A stretch of DNA of 64,000 bases from the human T2T-CHM13v2.0 reference genome, Homo sapiens. Each line of letters opens with the position of its first letter. Position 1 is the stretch's first letter. Positions 1 to 15,383 of the stretch are shown here, piece after piece. The position numbers and the translations under genes are program-made. Where the stretch lies: NCBI RefSeq assembly GCF_009914755.1, contig NC_060934.1. One strand, written 5' to 3'. The notes below the pieces were generated by a model. It saw nothing but the letters and a program-made list of their open reading frames with translations. It made no database searches and was not told the DNA's origin.

Positions 1-355
<355 letters not shown>

Positions 356-2139
356 CTTCTTGGTCTGGACCACCTGGGACCTGGTTGAAGAGACTAGATA
401 CCAGCTAGTTCAGCCTTTATCTTGACAAAATCAAAAGAGTTGCCAGAAAGTCCTAGAATCGCCAGTTGTATTTTAAATATTGTGCATATAAATATAATGA
501 GCAGTATTTGGTTTTACTACCATCATTTATTTCAGCATAATTAAAGCCATTTCTTCTTTAAAAATTGACTGTCGTATTTATATTTATAATCTGAGTTCAA
601 GATTCTAAATTTTACTAATTCTTTTACTATTTCATCTTTTAAAAAATTATCTAACATATGGAAAGAAAAGGGAAAGATTACTCATTTAACTGGAATCATG
701 TTTGAAACACTCTGAATATATTTCCTAACATTTCCTGATTGATTGCCTGGGAAGTAAATATGCCCAAATGGTAGCATTATATTTATAATTCTAAGTCAGG
801 AATATTTCCCTTATTGCTCTGCCTCTGAAATAGAGTCCCAAGAAAGTGCATAAAATATCAAAATAGTGTTTTCAATATCTGCCAAACCTGAACGTTTGCA
901 TCTCAGAAAGCAAATGTGCAACTAGTGAGTAAACTGCCTCTTTGTCAAACATAAATGTGGCAAATTCTAAGGCAACTCCTTTTCGACTAAATTGTCTCAG
1001 CATGCAGAGCAGCAGGGAGAATGTTTGCTATAGGACACAGGCAAAAAAACAATCTTTATGTTATTTTTTCCAGGAGGGTATTACATTACGTTTCAGAGAG
1101 AAATGATGAGCTATTCATGATGAAATGGCACATTTTCTTGCAGAATCACCTACTCTATTTAAATGTGTTCGATTCTTTAGAAGGTGTCCCTAATGTCCCA
1201 CTGAGTCACAGTCTCCTCCCTGCCTCCTCTCCAAGTTCTTCCTTCCTAGCAGAGGAGATGTTAATGAATTCTGAAACATGACTCCTTGCTCTGGATGTCC
1301 ACGTAGCCTGACCTCTCTAGATCCACTCTGACAGCACATACATGCTTTTCAAGAGGCACAATTTTGTCTTGTCTGGAGAGCAATGTAATTAGAAAGCAAT
1401 TTGGCCCACACACGCAGCTTCCATGGTCACTTGGCACAGCCTCAGCCTCCTTCTGGCGGGGCTGGTTTTGTTCTGCTTTGGCTGGCCTCCTAGATGTCTA
1501 GCGGCTCAGTGATCCTCGTCCTCGCTTGCTCGGAGCCCAGGCTTGGCCAGACTTAGAGAGTGTCAGGTGCTGTCTGCTGGGAAGCCGTGGGGGCTGCACT
1601 GGAGCCCCACGTCGGCCCCATGTCCCACATGGCCTCCGGACATGTGCGGTGACGCCTCTGCACAAAAGAGACTCAGAGACCTGACATGAGCGGCCCAACC
1701 ACTCTGTCTGGCTGGCTTCCTTGACTTTATTTGCTGAGCATCCAGAGGACAAAGAGAATCCGGTGGCACATCCAGCCCCCCAGATCTCCCTTATTACATT
1801 GCTCACAAATTTTTCCTCATCCCCCAGGCTCCAAATTGGCAGTGATCTTTAATTCTGCTCCCTCCATTTGTCTCTGCGTCCAACAAGTTACCATATCCTA
1901 CACATTTGGCCTTCTCATTTCTGCCCTCGATACTGTAATTCAGGCCTCTTATCCAACCATTGTAACAGCCTCCCAGCTGTTATTTCCACACGGAACTCCA
2001 CTTCCTCCAATTCTATTATAGCATTTCCCGGTAGTCAGATTAGTTTTCCAAATATATAGCATTGGCAATGTTATAATATCATCCTCCTGCTCACAAATCT
2101 TCAGTGGTTTCTCATGGTCTATAGTTTCTTTATTTGTGC

Positions 2140-2673
<534 letters not shown>

Positions 2674-3706
2674 GTTTTATTTCTTTATAGCCTGGGCTTT
2701 CATGCTGTCGTGCCTTGGCTTTCATTAATACACTCTCTGCTTAGGGAAATGCAACCCTCCAGGCCCATTTCAGGGGGACCCTCTGCATGGAGACTTTCCT
2801 AACTTCTGTTTCAATGTGACCTCCCCTCACTTTTTACTTCGCTATGGCATGTTGAGTGTTCTGGCTTTTACTACAAATATTAATCAGTATCCTATTGCTT
2901 CTCCTCTCACCCCAGTCTCTAAGCTCCTTAAAGGCAGAAGTTATGTCTTATCCATCTTTAAATCTCCCCAGGGTCACCTGAATATAGTTACTTAATAGAT
3001 ATTTGGAGATTTTCTTGACTCGGAAACTAGGAGTCTTTTCTTCCAGTGGCTTCCAGAATAGATAATCAACATTCCCCTACTGGGGAGAAACAAGGTGGGA
3101 GAATGAATACAACCTATGCTCCCCTAGGAAGGTTTTAAGAATTTTATTTTGTGTTTCTTGTTTTGTTTTGTTCTTGTGCATAAGAGATTAAGGAAATACA
3201 CAGCTACTTTATAAGAGACTCCTTAAGAAAGAGATGGAGGCAGGACCAAGGAATGCACAAAGGATGGGGTATTTTGCCATAAAAAGTAACTGCAATACAC
3301 TGAATGTGTCCCCCAAAATTCATGGTTTTAAAAAATTAAATAACTGCTTTTATTGAGATATAATTTGATGTTTTGATATGCATATGTATTGGGAAATGAT
3401 TACTATAGTCAGGCTAATTAACATATCCATTACCTCACATAATTACCTTATTTTTGTAATGAGAACACTTAAGATTCACTGTCTTAGCAAATTTCGAGTA
3501 TACAATGCAGCATTATTAGCTATAGTCACCATGATGTACATTAGATTTCTAGAAGCTACTTCATCTCAAATAAATGAAAGTTTATACCTTTTGACTAACG
3601 TCTCCATTTCTCCCAGCTCTCAGCCCCTAGAAGCTGTAGAGATCCATGTTTTCGCAAATGACAGGATTTAGAATTTCCTTCTTTTTTAAAGCTGAATAAT
3701 ATTCCA

Positions 3707-3774
3707 GTGTATGTGTGTGTGTGTGTGTGTATCACACACACATGCATCTATGTATTATCTATCTATCCATCTAT

Positions 3775-3822
<48 letters not shown>
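3707..3822. repeat. (GT)n and (CTAT)n microsatellites
   Basis: Directly visible. Confidence 0.95.
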
Positions 3823-6800
3823 GCAATTTCTTTATCCATTTACCTGTTGACAGACACAGATTGTTTCCACATCTTGGTTAGTGTGAATAATGCTGCAATG
3901 AACATGGGAGTGTAGCTATCTCTTCAATATACTGATTTTATTTTCTATAACTTTGTAATATACTTTGGGATTGAGAAGTGTGATGCCTCCAGCTTCATTC
4001 TTTTTTTTCTCGAGACTGCTTTGGCTATTCAGGATCGCTTGTTGTTCCATACAAATTTTATGATTATATTTTCCATTTCTGTGAAAATTACCACTAGAAT
4101 TTTGATGGGCATTGTGTTGAATCTCTGGATAACTCTGGGTTGTATGGACATTTTAACAATATTAATTCTTCCAGTCCACAAACACAGAATATCTTTCCAT
4201 TTGTGTCTTCTTCAATTCCTTTCATCAATATCTTATAGTTTTCTATGTAATAGATCTTTCACCTCCTTGTTTAAATATACTTCTAAATACTTTATTATTT
4301 TTTATGCTATTATAAATGAGATTTTTTATTGATTTCCTTTTTGGATAATTTGTTGCCGGTGTAAAGAAACACTACTGATTTCTGCATGTTGATTTTGTAT
4401 CCTGCAACTTTACTGAATTTATTAGTTCTAACAGTTTTTTATAGAGTCTTTAGGGTTCTGTACATATATAATCATATCATTTGCAAACAGAGATAATTTT
4501 ACTTCTTTCTTTTTTATTTGGATGCCTTTTATTTCTTTTTCTTGTCTAATCACTCTGGCGAGAACTTTTAGTACTATGTTGAATAGAAGTCATAGTGTGG
4601 ACATTCATGTACCAGACCTTACAGGAAATGCTTTCAGATTTTCTTCAATGATTATGACATTTGCTGTGGGTTTTTCATAAATGGCCTTTAATCTGTTGAG
4701 GTAAGTTCATTCTATACCTATTTTTTGAGAGTTTTTAGCAAGAATGGATATTGAAATTTGTTAAGTGATTTGTGTGCATCTATTAGGATGATCATGTGAT
4801 TTTTATCTTTCATTCTGTTAATACAGTGTATCATGTTGATTGATTTGTATATGTTGAACCAATCTTGTATCCCAGGGATAAATCCCACTTAGTCATGGTG
4901 TGTAATCTTTTTTATGTGCTGCTGGACTTTGTTTGCTAGTAATTTAGTTTGCTGGTATTGAGGGTTCTTGCTTTTTATTTATCAGAGATATTTGCCTTTA
5001 GTTTTTATTTTTCTTCCTTGTGGTGTCTTTGTATGATTTTGGTGTCAGGGTAATGCTGGGTTCACAAAATGAATTTGAAAGTATTTTCTCTTCTAGTTTT
5101 CAGAAGAGTTTGAGAAGGATTGCTATTAATTATTCTTTGACTGTTTGATAGAATTAATCAGTAAAGCCATCAGGTCCTGAGCTTTTCTTTGTTAGAAGGT
5201 TGTTGTTTACTGATTTAATTTTCTTATATCTTATTGGTCTCTTCAGGCTTTCTATTTCCTCTTGATTAAGTCTTAATAGGTTACATATTTATTGCAGCAC
5301 ATCCATTTCTGCTAGGCTATCCAATTTATTGGTGTGCAATTGCTCATAAAAGTCCCTCATGATCCTTTTTATTTCTCAGGCATCCACTGTAATGTTTTCT
5401 CTTTCACTTCTGATTTTGTCTAGTTAAGGGTTTGCAAATTTTGTTTATTTTTTTCGAAAACTCAGTTCAGCTTTGATGATTTTTCTGTTCTTTCTTTTAA
5501 TTCTGTATTTGATTTATTCCCACTCTAATCTTTATTATTTCTAGCTAACTTTGGGAAAAGTTTGTTCTTCTTTCTAATTCTTTGAGCTATAAAATTAGGT
5601 TACTTGAGGTGTTCTTTTTGTAATGGAAACAAGCATTTATTGCTATAAACTTCCCTCTTAGTAGTCTTGTTGCTGCATCTCATAAGTTTTGATATATTGC
5701 ATTTTCATTTCTGTTTATTTTGAGGTATTTAAACAATTCTCTTTTGATTTCTTGACTCAATGATTATCAAGGAAATGCCATTTGGCTTCCATATATTTGT
5801 GAGTTTTCCTGCTTTCTCACTGTTATTGATTTCTATTTCATTCCCTTGTGGTCTTAAAGATACTTGGAATGATTTCAGTCTTCTTCAATGTGTTAAGACT
5901 TGTTTTGGAACCTACATGTGATCCATCCTGGAGAATGTTCCATATATGTTTGAGGAGAATGTGTATTCTTCTGCTGTTGGGTAGAAAGTTCTAAATATGT
6001 CTGTTAGGTCCATTTAGTCTAGAGCATTATTCAGTCAGCTATTTCTTTATTGATTTTCTGTCTGGATGTTCTGTCCATTATTGAAAATGAGGCAGTGAAT
6101 TCTCCTATCAGTATTTTACTGCTGTCAATTTCTTCCTTCAGATCCGTCAATATTTACTTTATATATTTAGGTGCTCTGGTATTGGGTGTATATATTTTTA
6201 TAACTGTTAGATTATTCAACCCTTTTATCATTTTGCAATGACTTTTTTTGTCTTTAGAGAGTTTTTAACTGAAAGTCTATTTTGTCTGATACAAGTATAG
6301 CCAGCCCTGTTTTCTTTTGGTTACTATTTACATAGAATAATTTTTCCTTCCCTTCACTTTCAACCTATGTGTGTTTTTAAATCTAAAGTGAGTCTTTTAT
6401 AGAAGAAAATTGATGGATCTTGTTTTTTAAATCCATTCAGCCACTCTAAGCCTTTTGATTAGAGAGTTTAATCCATTTATATTTAAAGTAATTATTAATA
6501 GGTGAGGACTTACTACTGCCATTTTGTTAATAGTTTTCATCTATTTTGCTATTGTTTTGTTCCTCTCTTTCTTGCCGTCTTTCTTTGGTATTTGATAGTT
6601 TTTGGTAATGATTTGTTTTGATTCCTTTCTTTTTATCTTTTGAGTATCCATTATGGACTTTTTCCTTGTGGTTACCATAGGGTTTGCATAAATTATCTTA
6701 TAGTTATAATCATCATATTTTAAGTTGATAACTTGACTTCAATTGCATTAAAAAACTCTACACTTTTACTCCCCTCCTCTCACACTTTGTTTTCTTGTAG

Positions 6801-6864
6801 TCAGAGTTTACTTCTTTTTATATTGGGTGGCCATTGGCAAACTTTTGTGATTCTGGTTATTCTT

Positions 6865-6871
6865 TTTTTTC

Positions 6872-6909
<38 letters not shown>

Positions 6910-7225
6910 TTTTTTTTTTGAGACGGAGTCTCGCTCTGTCGCCCAGGCTGGAGTGCAGTGGCATGATCTCAGCTCACTGCAGACTCTGACTCCCTGGTTT
7001 AAGCGATTCTCCTGCCTCAGCCTCCCGAGTAGCTGAGATTACAGGCACGCGCCACCATGCCCAGCTAATTTTTTTTTTTATTTATTTAAAAAAAAATTTT
7101 TTTTTTCAGTAGAGATGGGGTTTCACCATGTTAGCCAGGATGGTCTTGATCTCCTGACCTCATGATCCGCCTACCTCAGCCTCCCAAAGTGCTGGGATTA
7201 CAGGCATGAGCCACTGTGACCAGTC
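6865..7225 (-). mobile_element. AluS inserted in L1
   Basis: 16-bp TSD gattctggttattctt at 6849-6864 and 7226-7241. Confidence 0.95.
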
Positions 7226-7472
7226 GATTCTGGTTATTCTTAATATATTTCTTAACTTTTATATTAGGGTTAAAGGAAATTTACGCATTGCTATTACAGT
7301 ATTACATTATTCTATATTTGACTCTATATTTACCTTCATTTATAAGATTTATGCTTTCATATGCTTTTACACTGCTGTTTAGCATAATTTCAACAAATAA
7401 CTCCCTTAAGTATTTCTTCTAAGGTAGGTCCAGTGATTATGAACTTCCTCAGTTTTTGTTTGTCTAGGGAAG

Positions 7473-7663
7473 TGTATTAGTCAGAGTTCTCTTAGAGGGA
7501 CAGAACTAATAGGATACATATATTATATATATATCTATAATAGGATATATATATAATCTATACCTATAATAGGATATATATATATTATCTATATCTATAA
7601 TAGGATATATATTATATATAATAGGATATATAATATATAATTTATAATATATATTTATAATAG

Positions 7664-7718
<55 letters not shown>

Positions 7719-8089
7719 GGGAGTTTAAGTATTAACTTACACGATCACAAGGTCCCACAATAGGCTGTCTACAAGCTGATGAGCAAAGAGAGCCAGTCCA
7801 AGTCCCAAAACTGAAGAACTTGGAGTCCGATGTTTGAGGGCAGATAGCATCCAGCACGGGAGAAAGATGGAGGCTGGGAGGCTAGGCCCGTCTCACCTCT
7901 TCATGTTTTTCTGCCTGCTTTATATTCGCTGGAAGCTGATTGTGCCCACCAGATTAAGGTGGATCTGCCTTCCCAAGCCCACTGACTCAAATGTTAATCT
8001 CTTTTGGCAACATCCACACAGACACACCCAGGATCAATACTTTGTATTCTTCAATCCAATCAAGTTGACACTCGGTATTAACCATCACA
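7473..8089 (-). mobile_element. MLT2A1/2 solo LTR (HERV-L)
   Basis: TG...CA ends, 5-bp TSD ggaag on both sides, diagnostic caagttgacactc.gtattaaccatcaca, internal TA repeat. Confidence 0.9.
7517..7714. repeat. TA-rich compound micro/minisatellite
   Basis: Repeated tataataggatatata units followed by pure (TA)n. Confidence 0.95.
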
Positions 8090-8928
8090 GGAAGAATTTA
8101 TCTTTCCTTCATTCACAGAAGATAATTTTACCAGGTGTAGAATTCTTGGCTGACAGTTTTTTTTTTTTTCTTTCAGAAGTTTAACTATATCATCCCACTC
8201 TCACCTGGCTTGAAAAGTTTCTGGTTAGGAATCTACTGGTAGCCTTATTGAGGTTCTCTTACATGAGATAAGCCACTTTTCTGTTGCTGCTTGCAAAATT
8301 CTCTCCTTGTCCTTGGCTTTGATAATTTGATTGTAATGTGTTTCATTATATGATGCACTTATAATTGTATATCTTAAAATGAGGTCCTCTTTTGGTTTAT
8401 CCTATTTGGGAACTTTTGAGCTTTATGAATCTGGATGTTGATTTCCCTCTCAAGATTTTGGAAGTTTTCAGCCATTATTTCTTTATATAAGCTTTTTGCC
8501 TCTTTTCTCTCTCCTCTTCTGAAAATTCCGTGACTATATTGGTTCTCTTGGTGGTATCCCTTAAATTCCAGAAGATTTGTTCATTCTTTTCTCCTCTGTC
8601 TGCACAATTTCAAATGATCTGTTCTCAAGTCCACTTATTCTTTCTTTTCCTTGACTACATCTACTGATGAAACTCTCTATTTTTCATTTCATTGTATTCT
8701 TTAGCATCAGAATTTCTGGCTCTTTTTTGATTTCTATCTTTTTGTTGAAATTTTCACTTTGTTCATGCATTCTTTTCTGATTTAGTTGAGTTGTTTAGAG
8801 ATCTGTGTTTAGAGATACGAGCTTCTTTAAACCAATTATTTTGAATTCTTTGTCTGGCAATACATAGATCTCTCTTTGGGATTGGTTACTGGAAAGTTAT
8901 TGTGTTCTTTTGGTGGTGTCATGTTTCC

Positions 8929-8933
<5 letters not shown>

Positions 8934-8972
<39 letters not shown>
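8934..8972. repeat. (GT)n microsatellite
   Basis: Directly visible. Confidence 0.95.
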
Positions 8973-8974
<2 letters not shown>

Positions 8975-10732
8975 CTTATAGCTTTTGTGTTGTTGTCTTT
9001 GCATTTAAAGAGGCAGTCACCCATTCCAAACTTGAGGGACTGGCCTAGGTAGAGAAAGAGCTCCTTCTATGGGAAGGCACAAGGGCACCAACTGGGTAAG
9101 ATGTGCAGTGGCTTCTGATCTGGGTCTATGTCTGGGTATGCTGGTTCCAGGAGTGCACCCAGGGCTTGAGTCTGTTGGACACATCATGGGCATACACTCA
9201 GATACCTGGTCCATTAGATGTGGTGTGCATGCACTGTGGCAACGGTGAGCACGTAGGAGCCCAGGCTAATGTGCAGTGGGTACAGCTTCGGGGCACCTGG
9301 TCCCATGGTTGCAAGTGTGCAGCTGAAGTGGGTGCCTGTTCTCATGTACATATGGATGCATATTCAGTGGCACCAGCAGGCACTGGGATTGCTGTGCAGG
9401 CATGTGCTTTGCAGCTGCTGCTGGTTCCCAGGCATGGGCACACATGGACTTACCAGGGTTAGGGTTGGGGATGAGTGGCAGCTCTGACTCTGTCAAGGAA
9501 GGAGCAGCACATGGTGGCTCCAGCTCCAGGAGGTAAAGTGGCTCTGGCTCCAGGCAGTGCCGGCAGCTGGAATCTGCATCAAAAATGATCACTGGAGTCC
9601 TCTGTAACTAGGGCTGTTGGGATCCTCAGTGGCAAAATTGTTGAGATTCCCTACTCTCACTCTCCTCCCATAAGGGGAACTCATGGGCAAAAGGATTCTT
9701 TCTGGCCCTGTGCCAGCCTGGAGGATGGAGTGATGCAGGCAGAATGTTTTCTACCCGTTTCTATGCATCCATCCACTGTTTCTGAACTCCTCTGCATCAC
9801 TTTAGGATTCTAGGATTCACACCCTAAATACACTTTGGGATTCTCCCCAAGCTATCTTCATCCATACAAAGTTGACTTTATTATTGCTTTTGTGTGCAGG
9901 TGAGGTCTGGGATCTCCTATTCTGCCATCTTGCTGACATTACTCCCCAAATTTATATGTTGAGTCCCTAACCCCAACTGTGATGGTATTAGAAAGCAGGG
10001 CCATTGGGAGGTAATTAGGTCATGAGGGTGGTGCCCTCAGGAGTGGGATTTGTGCCCTTTTAAAACGGCACCCGAGAAAGCATTCTCACTCTCTATCATG
10101 TGAAGATAAAATGAGAATTCAGCAGTTTGCAACTTGGAAGAGGACCTTCACTAGAACCTGACCATGCTAGCACCCTGATCTCAGACTTCCAGCCTCTATA
10201 AATTTCTCTTGTTTATAAGTCCCCGCACTCCAGCTCCCTGCAATGTGTGATACTTTGTTATAGCAGTCTGAACTGACTAAGACAGTAGTATTCACAGATT
10301 CCAGAGATTGGGACCTAGATATCTTTGGGGGCCATTTAGCCTCCCACAGGAGCTAATTCACATGGGAGTGGAATGCTGCTGTGAGGGGAACAGGCTATGG
10401 AAGCAGGAGACATTGGTGGCTGGTTAAATGTGGAGTGAAGGGATGAGGGAGGAAGAAAATTATTGAAAGGTTTCATGGTACAGGGCAATGTTCTCAGAAT
10501 TAGGACTCTGAGTGCCAGAGAAGCCCAGAAAAAAACATGGGTTTGCATAAAGGTGACTCATTGGTGACAAAACATGATGTAGACAGGCAGATCCAGATTT
10601 TGTAAGGACTGTAGCTTAGATTACCTTGAGAATGTTGTTAAGAACAGTAGTCGCAAAGTTAATATACAAAATTGAGTAGGAATGTGAATTTTTTTAAAGA
10701 ACAGAAAATCACAATATATCAAAAATTGTGCT

Positions 10733-10953
10733 GCCGGGGCAACATGGCGAAATGCTGCCTCCACAAAAAAAATATAAATACAAAAAATTAGCTGGGCATG
10801 GTGGCACATCCTGTAGTTCCAGCTACTCAGGAGGCTGAGGTGGGAGGATTGCTTGATCCAGGAAGGTGGAGGTTGCAGTGAACCAAGATTGTACGACTGC
10901 ACTCCAGCCTGGGTGACAGAGTGAAATCCCATCTAAAAAAAAAAAAAGAAAAG
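10733..10953 (+). mobile_element. AluJ, 5'-truncated
   Basis: gggaggattgcttga right arm, poly-A. Confidence 0.9.
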
Positions 10954-11978
10954 AAATCATAAATTGTGAAAAGCTGACAAGTACCACAAACATATATGCT
11001 CTAAAAAAAACATTCTTTTATTAACTGCCTGATGTCACTTTATGACGCTGTCATTCTAATTTCATGTCTGTATACTTTTTGAACACCTCTTTGTAAAACA
11101 ATTTTATAGTATTTTCTACAGCATGAAGAGATGGCTAATTCAGACATGTCCTCTAGCATGATGGATGAAAATGTGGTTTCATAATTGATAGTTTAGAGAG
11201 GTTTCTTTCATCTACGCAACTACTATTGGCAACATAGGCAATAATACTATGTACATTTTTAGGATAGGTGTCAAATTTGACAAAAATCCTCTTTCAAGTC
11301 TCTTTCATATATGGACTATTAAAACTGTATTTTCTCCCTACTTACAGCACCATGATACTAAAACTAAAACTAGCCCTGAAACTACAGGAATTTTGATCAC
11401 TTCTATTTTGTGCAATTCTCATTAAAAAAGAACAAAATGCATGATGCACTTATCATTGTATATGCTTCATTATCAAGCATAAATCCTGACAGGAGAGACT
11501 TTCCATTTGGGTTCAGCAATTAGGAAAAGCAAATTTTTCACTGACGGTTTTATATATCTGATGTTTGAAATAATTTACCTGCGCATGGCTCAGAACATTT
11601 CAAACCTTATTTATCCTGCTAGATAGTGTGGGACTCAGTTATATCTCCTTCATGTCACGATGTTGGTGAGTTTCTACATTGGGTGGTAGAAGTATTCCCT
11701 GCAGTACTCTCATATGGGGATGACTAGTAGTAACTTAGCTGTACTCAAAAGACCACAATCTACATATATAAGCCCCTAAACCAAAATGAAATGTATCCCC
11801 AGTTCAACTTCCCCTTAACCAGATGCCCCAAATGTCCATGAGCTCTTTAAAGCCATCCAAAACAAGGGGAAGCATGATAGTCGAAAGAGGCAGTTGCCTT
11901 GACAGATTTTAGTTAAAATATCTTACTTTTGAAAAAAAAGTATGACCACAGTGTGCGGGTCCTTCTCAGGGCCTTGGA

Positions 11979-12033
11979 AGGAGCCAGGGTAAGTGAGGAG
12001 GAGCCAGGGTAAGTGAGGAGGAGCCAGGGTAAG
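11979..12033. repeat. 20-bp tandem repeat x~2.8 (aggagccagggtaagtgagg)
   Basis: Perfect copies visible. Confidence 0.95.
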
Positions 12034-12263
12034 CTCAAGGTTCATTAGCTTCTTGGTCAATTCACCCCTGTATCTAGGAGTCACTCAGATGTGAACCCTT
12101 TAATGAGACTGTTCAGGAGAGAGAGCTGAGGGAAAAGAGAGACATGCTCTGGGCTAATGAGGTTTCCAGATCCAGAGCAAACTCTTATCACTCAGTCCTT
12201 GCTATTGCATAGCAAAAGCCCTCTTTCACATTTTTAATTTCACCTGTTTTTAAAAAAATCTTA

Positions 12264-13238
<975 letters not shown>

Positions 13239-13351
13239 AGAGCAAGGTAAGATTTGAGCATCAGAAATGAATTTGTCCAGATCAGGTTTTCATGCATAAA
13301 AATTTCTGACAGAAATTTTTACATGAAAATATTTACTAAAATGATCATAAC

Positions 13352-13480
13352 AGCTGAGGGGTAGTGGCACGTGCCTGCAATCTCAGCTACTCAGGAGGCT
13401 GAGATGGGAGGACTGCTTAAGTCCAGGAGTTCAAGATCAGCCTGGGCAACAGAGTGAGAACCTATCTCTAAATTTAAAAA
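13352..13480 (+). mobile_element. FLAM/FAM Alu monomer
   Basis: Single arm; TSD aaaatgatca(t/c)aa. Confidence 0.85.
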
Positions 13481-13597
13481 CAGATATAAAATGATCACAA
13501 TCTCTTGAATAAGAATTCTACAGATCTTACTTCACACCAACCACACGTATATCCAAAAAAATCTCGCAGATTACTGAGCCAATGAAAATGAGAATTA

Positions 13598-13920
<323 letters not shown>

Positions 13921-14392
13921 AATGAGTATTCATCTGGCGTACATTCACCAAACCTCCCTACACTTGTCAACAATCTATTATGGGTGGTTTACATGGCAGT
14001 GAACATGTAGTTTGGAGAGATGGTGTGGGTTGTATTTACCACTGTTTGCTTTCTAAAAAAGAACAAACTTACTTGATGGTGATTCAGCTGGCCTGATTTC
14101 CTTCAGATCCTGAGGTGCCTAAGGTCTGTTTAATGTGCCTCAATGTCTGTCTGTTTAGACACCGACAGCCAGCTGGAAAAGCAGGGAGGCCCCCAGCCCC
14201 TCATACCGAGGCCCAGGCAAGCTTGCAGTTTCACCCTGAGCATGAAAGCACTGATGATGAGAATCCTTAAGTGGATGGGAGATACGTGTACTGCTAGGAC
14301 ATTTTGAGTCATCTCTCTAAATGTATATTCCTGCCTCCCATTCCTCCTTTCCCCCAGATCCCAGCTACCTCTCAGTTCCTTTATCTAAGACT

Positions 14393-14959
14393 CAGCAGTG
14401 TCCAAGGAAGAGAATATAGTCATGAGTTCTATATTAGTCCATTTTCACACTGCTATAAAGACATACCCAAGACTGGGTAATTTATAAAGAAAAGAGGTTT
14501 AGTTGACTCACTGTTTCACATGGCTGGGGAGGCCTCAGGAAACTTATAATCATGGCAGAAGGGGGAACAAAGACCTTCCTCACATGGTGGCAGGAAAGAG
14601 GAAGCTAGCAGGAGCAGGGAAAACTGCCTTATAACACCAGCAGATCTCGTGAGAACTCACTCACTGTCACGAGAACAGCATGGGGGAAACCATCCCCTTA
14701 CTCCAACGCTTCCCACCAGGTCACTCCCTAAGCACCTGCAGATTACAATGCAAGATGAGATTTGGGTCGGGACACAAAGCCTAACCATATCAGGTTCTTA
14801 GTTTCTGTTTCTGGTTGGGTCAGTAAAGCCCCTTCCTCGTCCCTCTTTTCCACTCATCACTAGAGACAGAAACTAAAACCATGGATTCAGGCCGCTAAAA
14901 GCCTAAAACAAAACAGAACAGAACAACAACAACAAAATAAGGTGAGATGGACAAGCTTG
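14393..14959 (+). mobile_element. MER30-related hAT MITE split by THE1
   Basis: cag..gtgtccaa start and ggacaagcttg end. Confidence 0.6.
14430..14792 (-). mobile_element. THE1C/D solo LTR
   Basis: tattagtccattttcacactgctataaag...aaccatatca; TSD agttc/ggttc. Confidence 0.9.
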
Positions 14960-14974
14960 ATAGAGACTATATTG

Positions 14975-15383
14975 GGTAGGGTGAGTTAAGTAATGTTTGA
15001 TTCTGAAACAAATTCCAGAATGGCTTAGCACAATAAAAGTTTTATTTTCATTCAAGCAAAATCTGATGGGCTTGTTCCTCTTAGGCAGGTGGCTTTCCAT
15101 GTAGTCACTCAGGCATCCACACTCCTTCCACCTTGTGGCTCCACCATCTTGACCATCTTGTAGGGCTTTCAGGTTCTCTGTTAGATTCAGTGTATGTGAC
15201 CAGTAGGCAGGAGAGACAGATGGTGGAAAATGGCTGAGGTTGTTTCCTGGAGCCAGGCCTGGAAGGGATGCACATCACTTTTGCCTGCATCTCATTGGCT
15301 GAGACCTAGTCACATGACCCCCACCTAGCTGCAAAGGAGTCTGGGAAATAGGTTCTGGTGAGTGCATAACAATGTCTCTGCAC
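14975..15383 (-). mobile_element. Old MLT1 (J/K-like) LTR
   Basis: ccttccaccttgtggctcc, cattggctgagacctagtcacatgac motifs. Confidence 0.6.

Larger units (their letters stand above)
3324..9943 (-). mobile_element. Near full-length old L1 (L1MA8/9-like) with internal deletion
   Basis: 3' UTR at 3330-3950, ORF2/ORF1 remnants, 5' terminus (revcomp gggagtaatgtcagcaagatggcagaataggag), diverged TSD ccccaaa(a)tt(c/t)at. Confidence 0.9.
3291..10283 (+). mobile_element. MLT1A LTR split by an L1 (pieces 3291-3323 and 9944-10283)
   Basis: tg..ctgaatgtgtcccccaaaattcat start; resumes ccccaaatttatatgttgag...gactaagaca. Confidence 0.8.
10645..12070 (-). mobile_element. Zaphod/MER115-like hAT-Tip100 transposon remnant
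   Basis: Minus frame near 11110-11225 reads SCVDERNLSKLSIMK (hAT dimerisation domain); terminus ttcattagcttc..aattcacccctg. Confidence 0.7.

Noticed and set aside
1380-1800. GC-richer unique patch with overlapping ORFs
   Set aside because: No recognisable protein or paired splice sites; cannot support more than a possible regulatory patch.
9000-9600. GC-richer stretch with several ORFs
   Set aside because: Lies in the 5' UTR region of the L1MA element.
11979-12033. CRISPR-like repeat
   Set aside because: Head-to-tail repeat with no spacers, in primate DNA.
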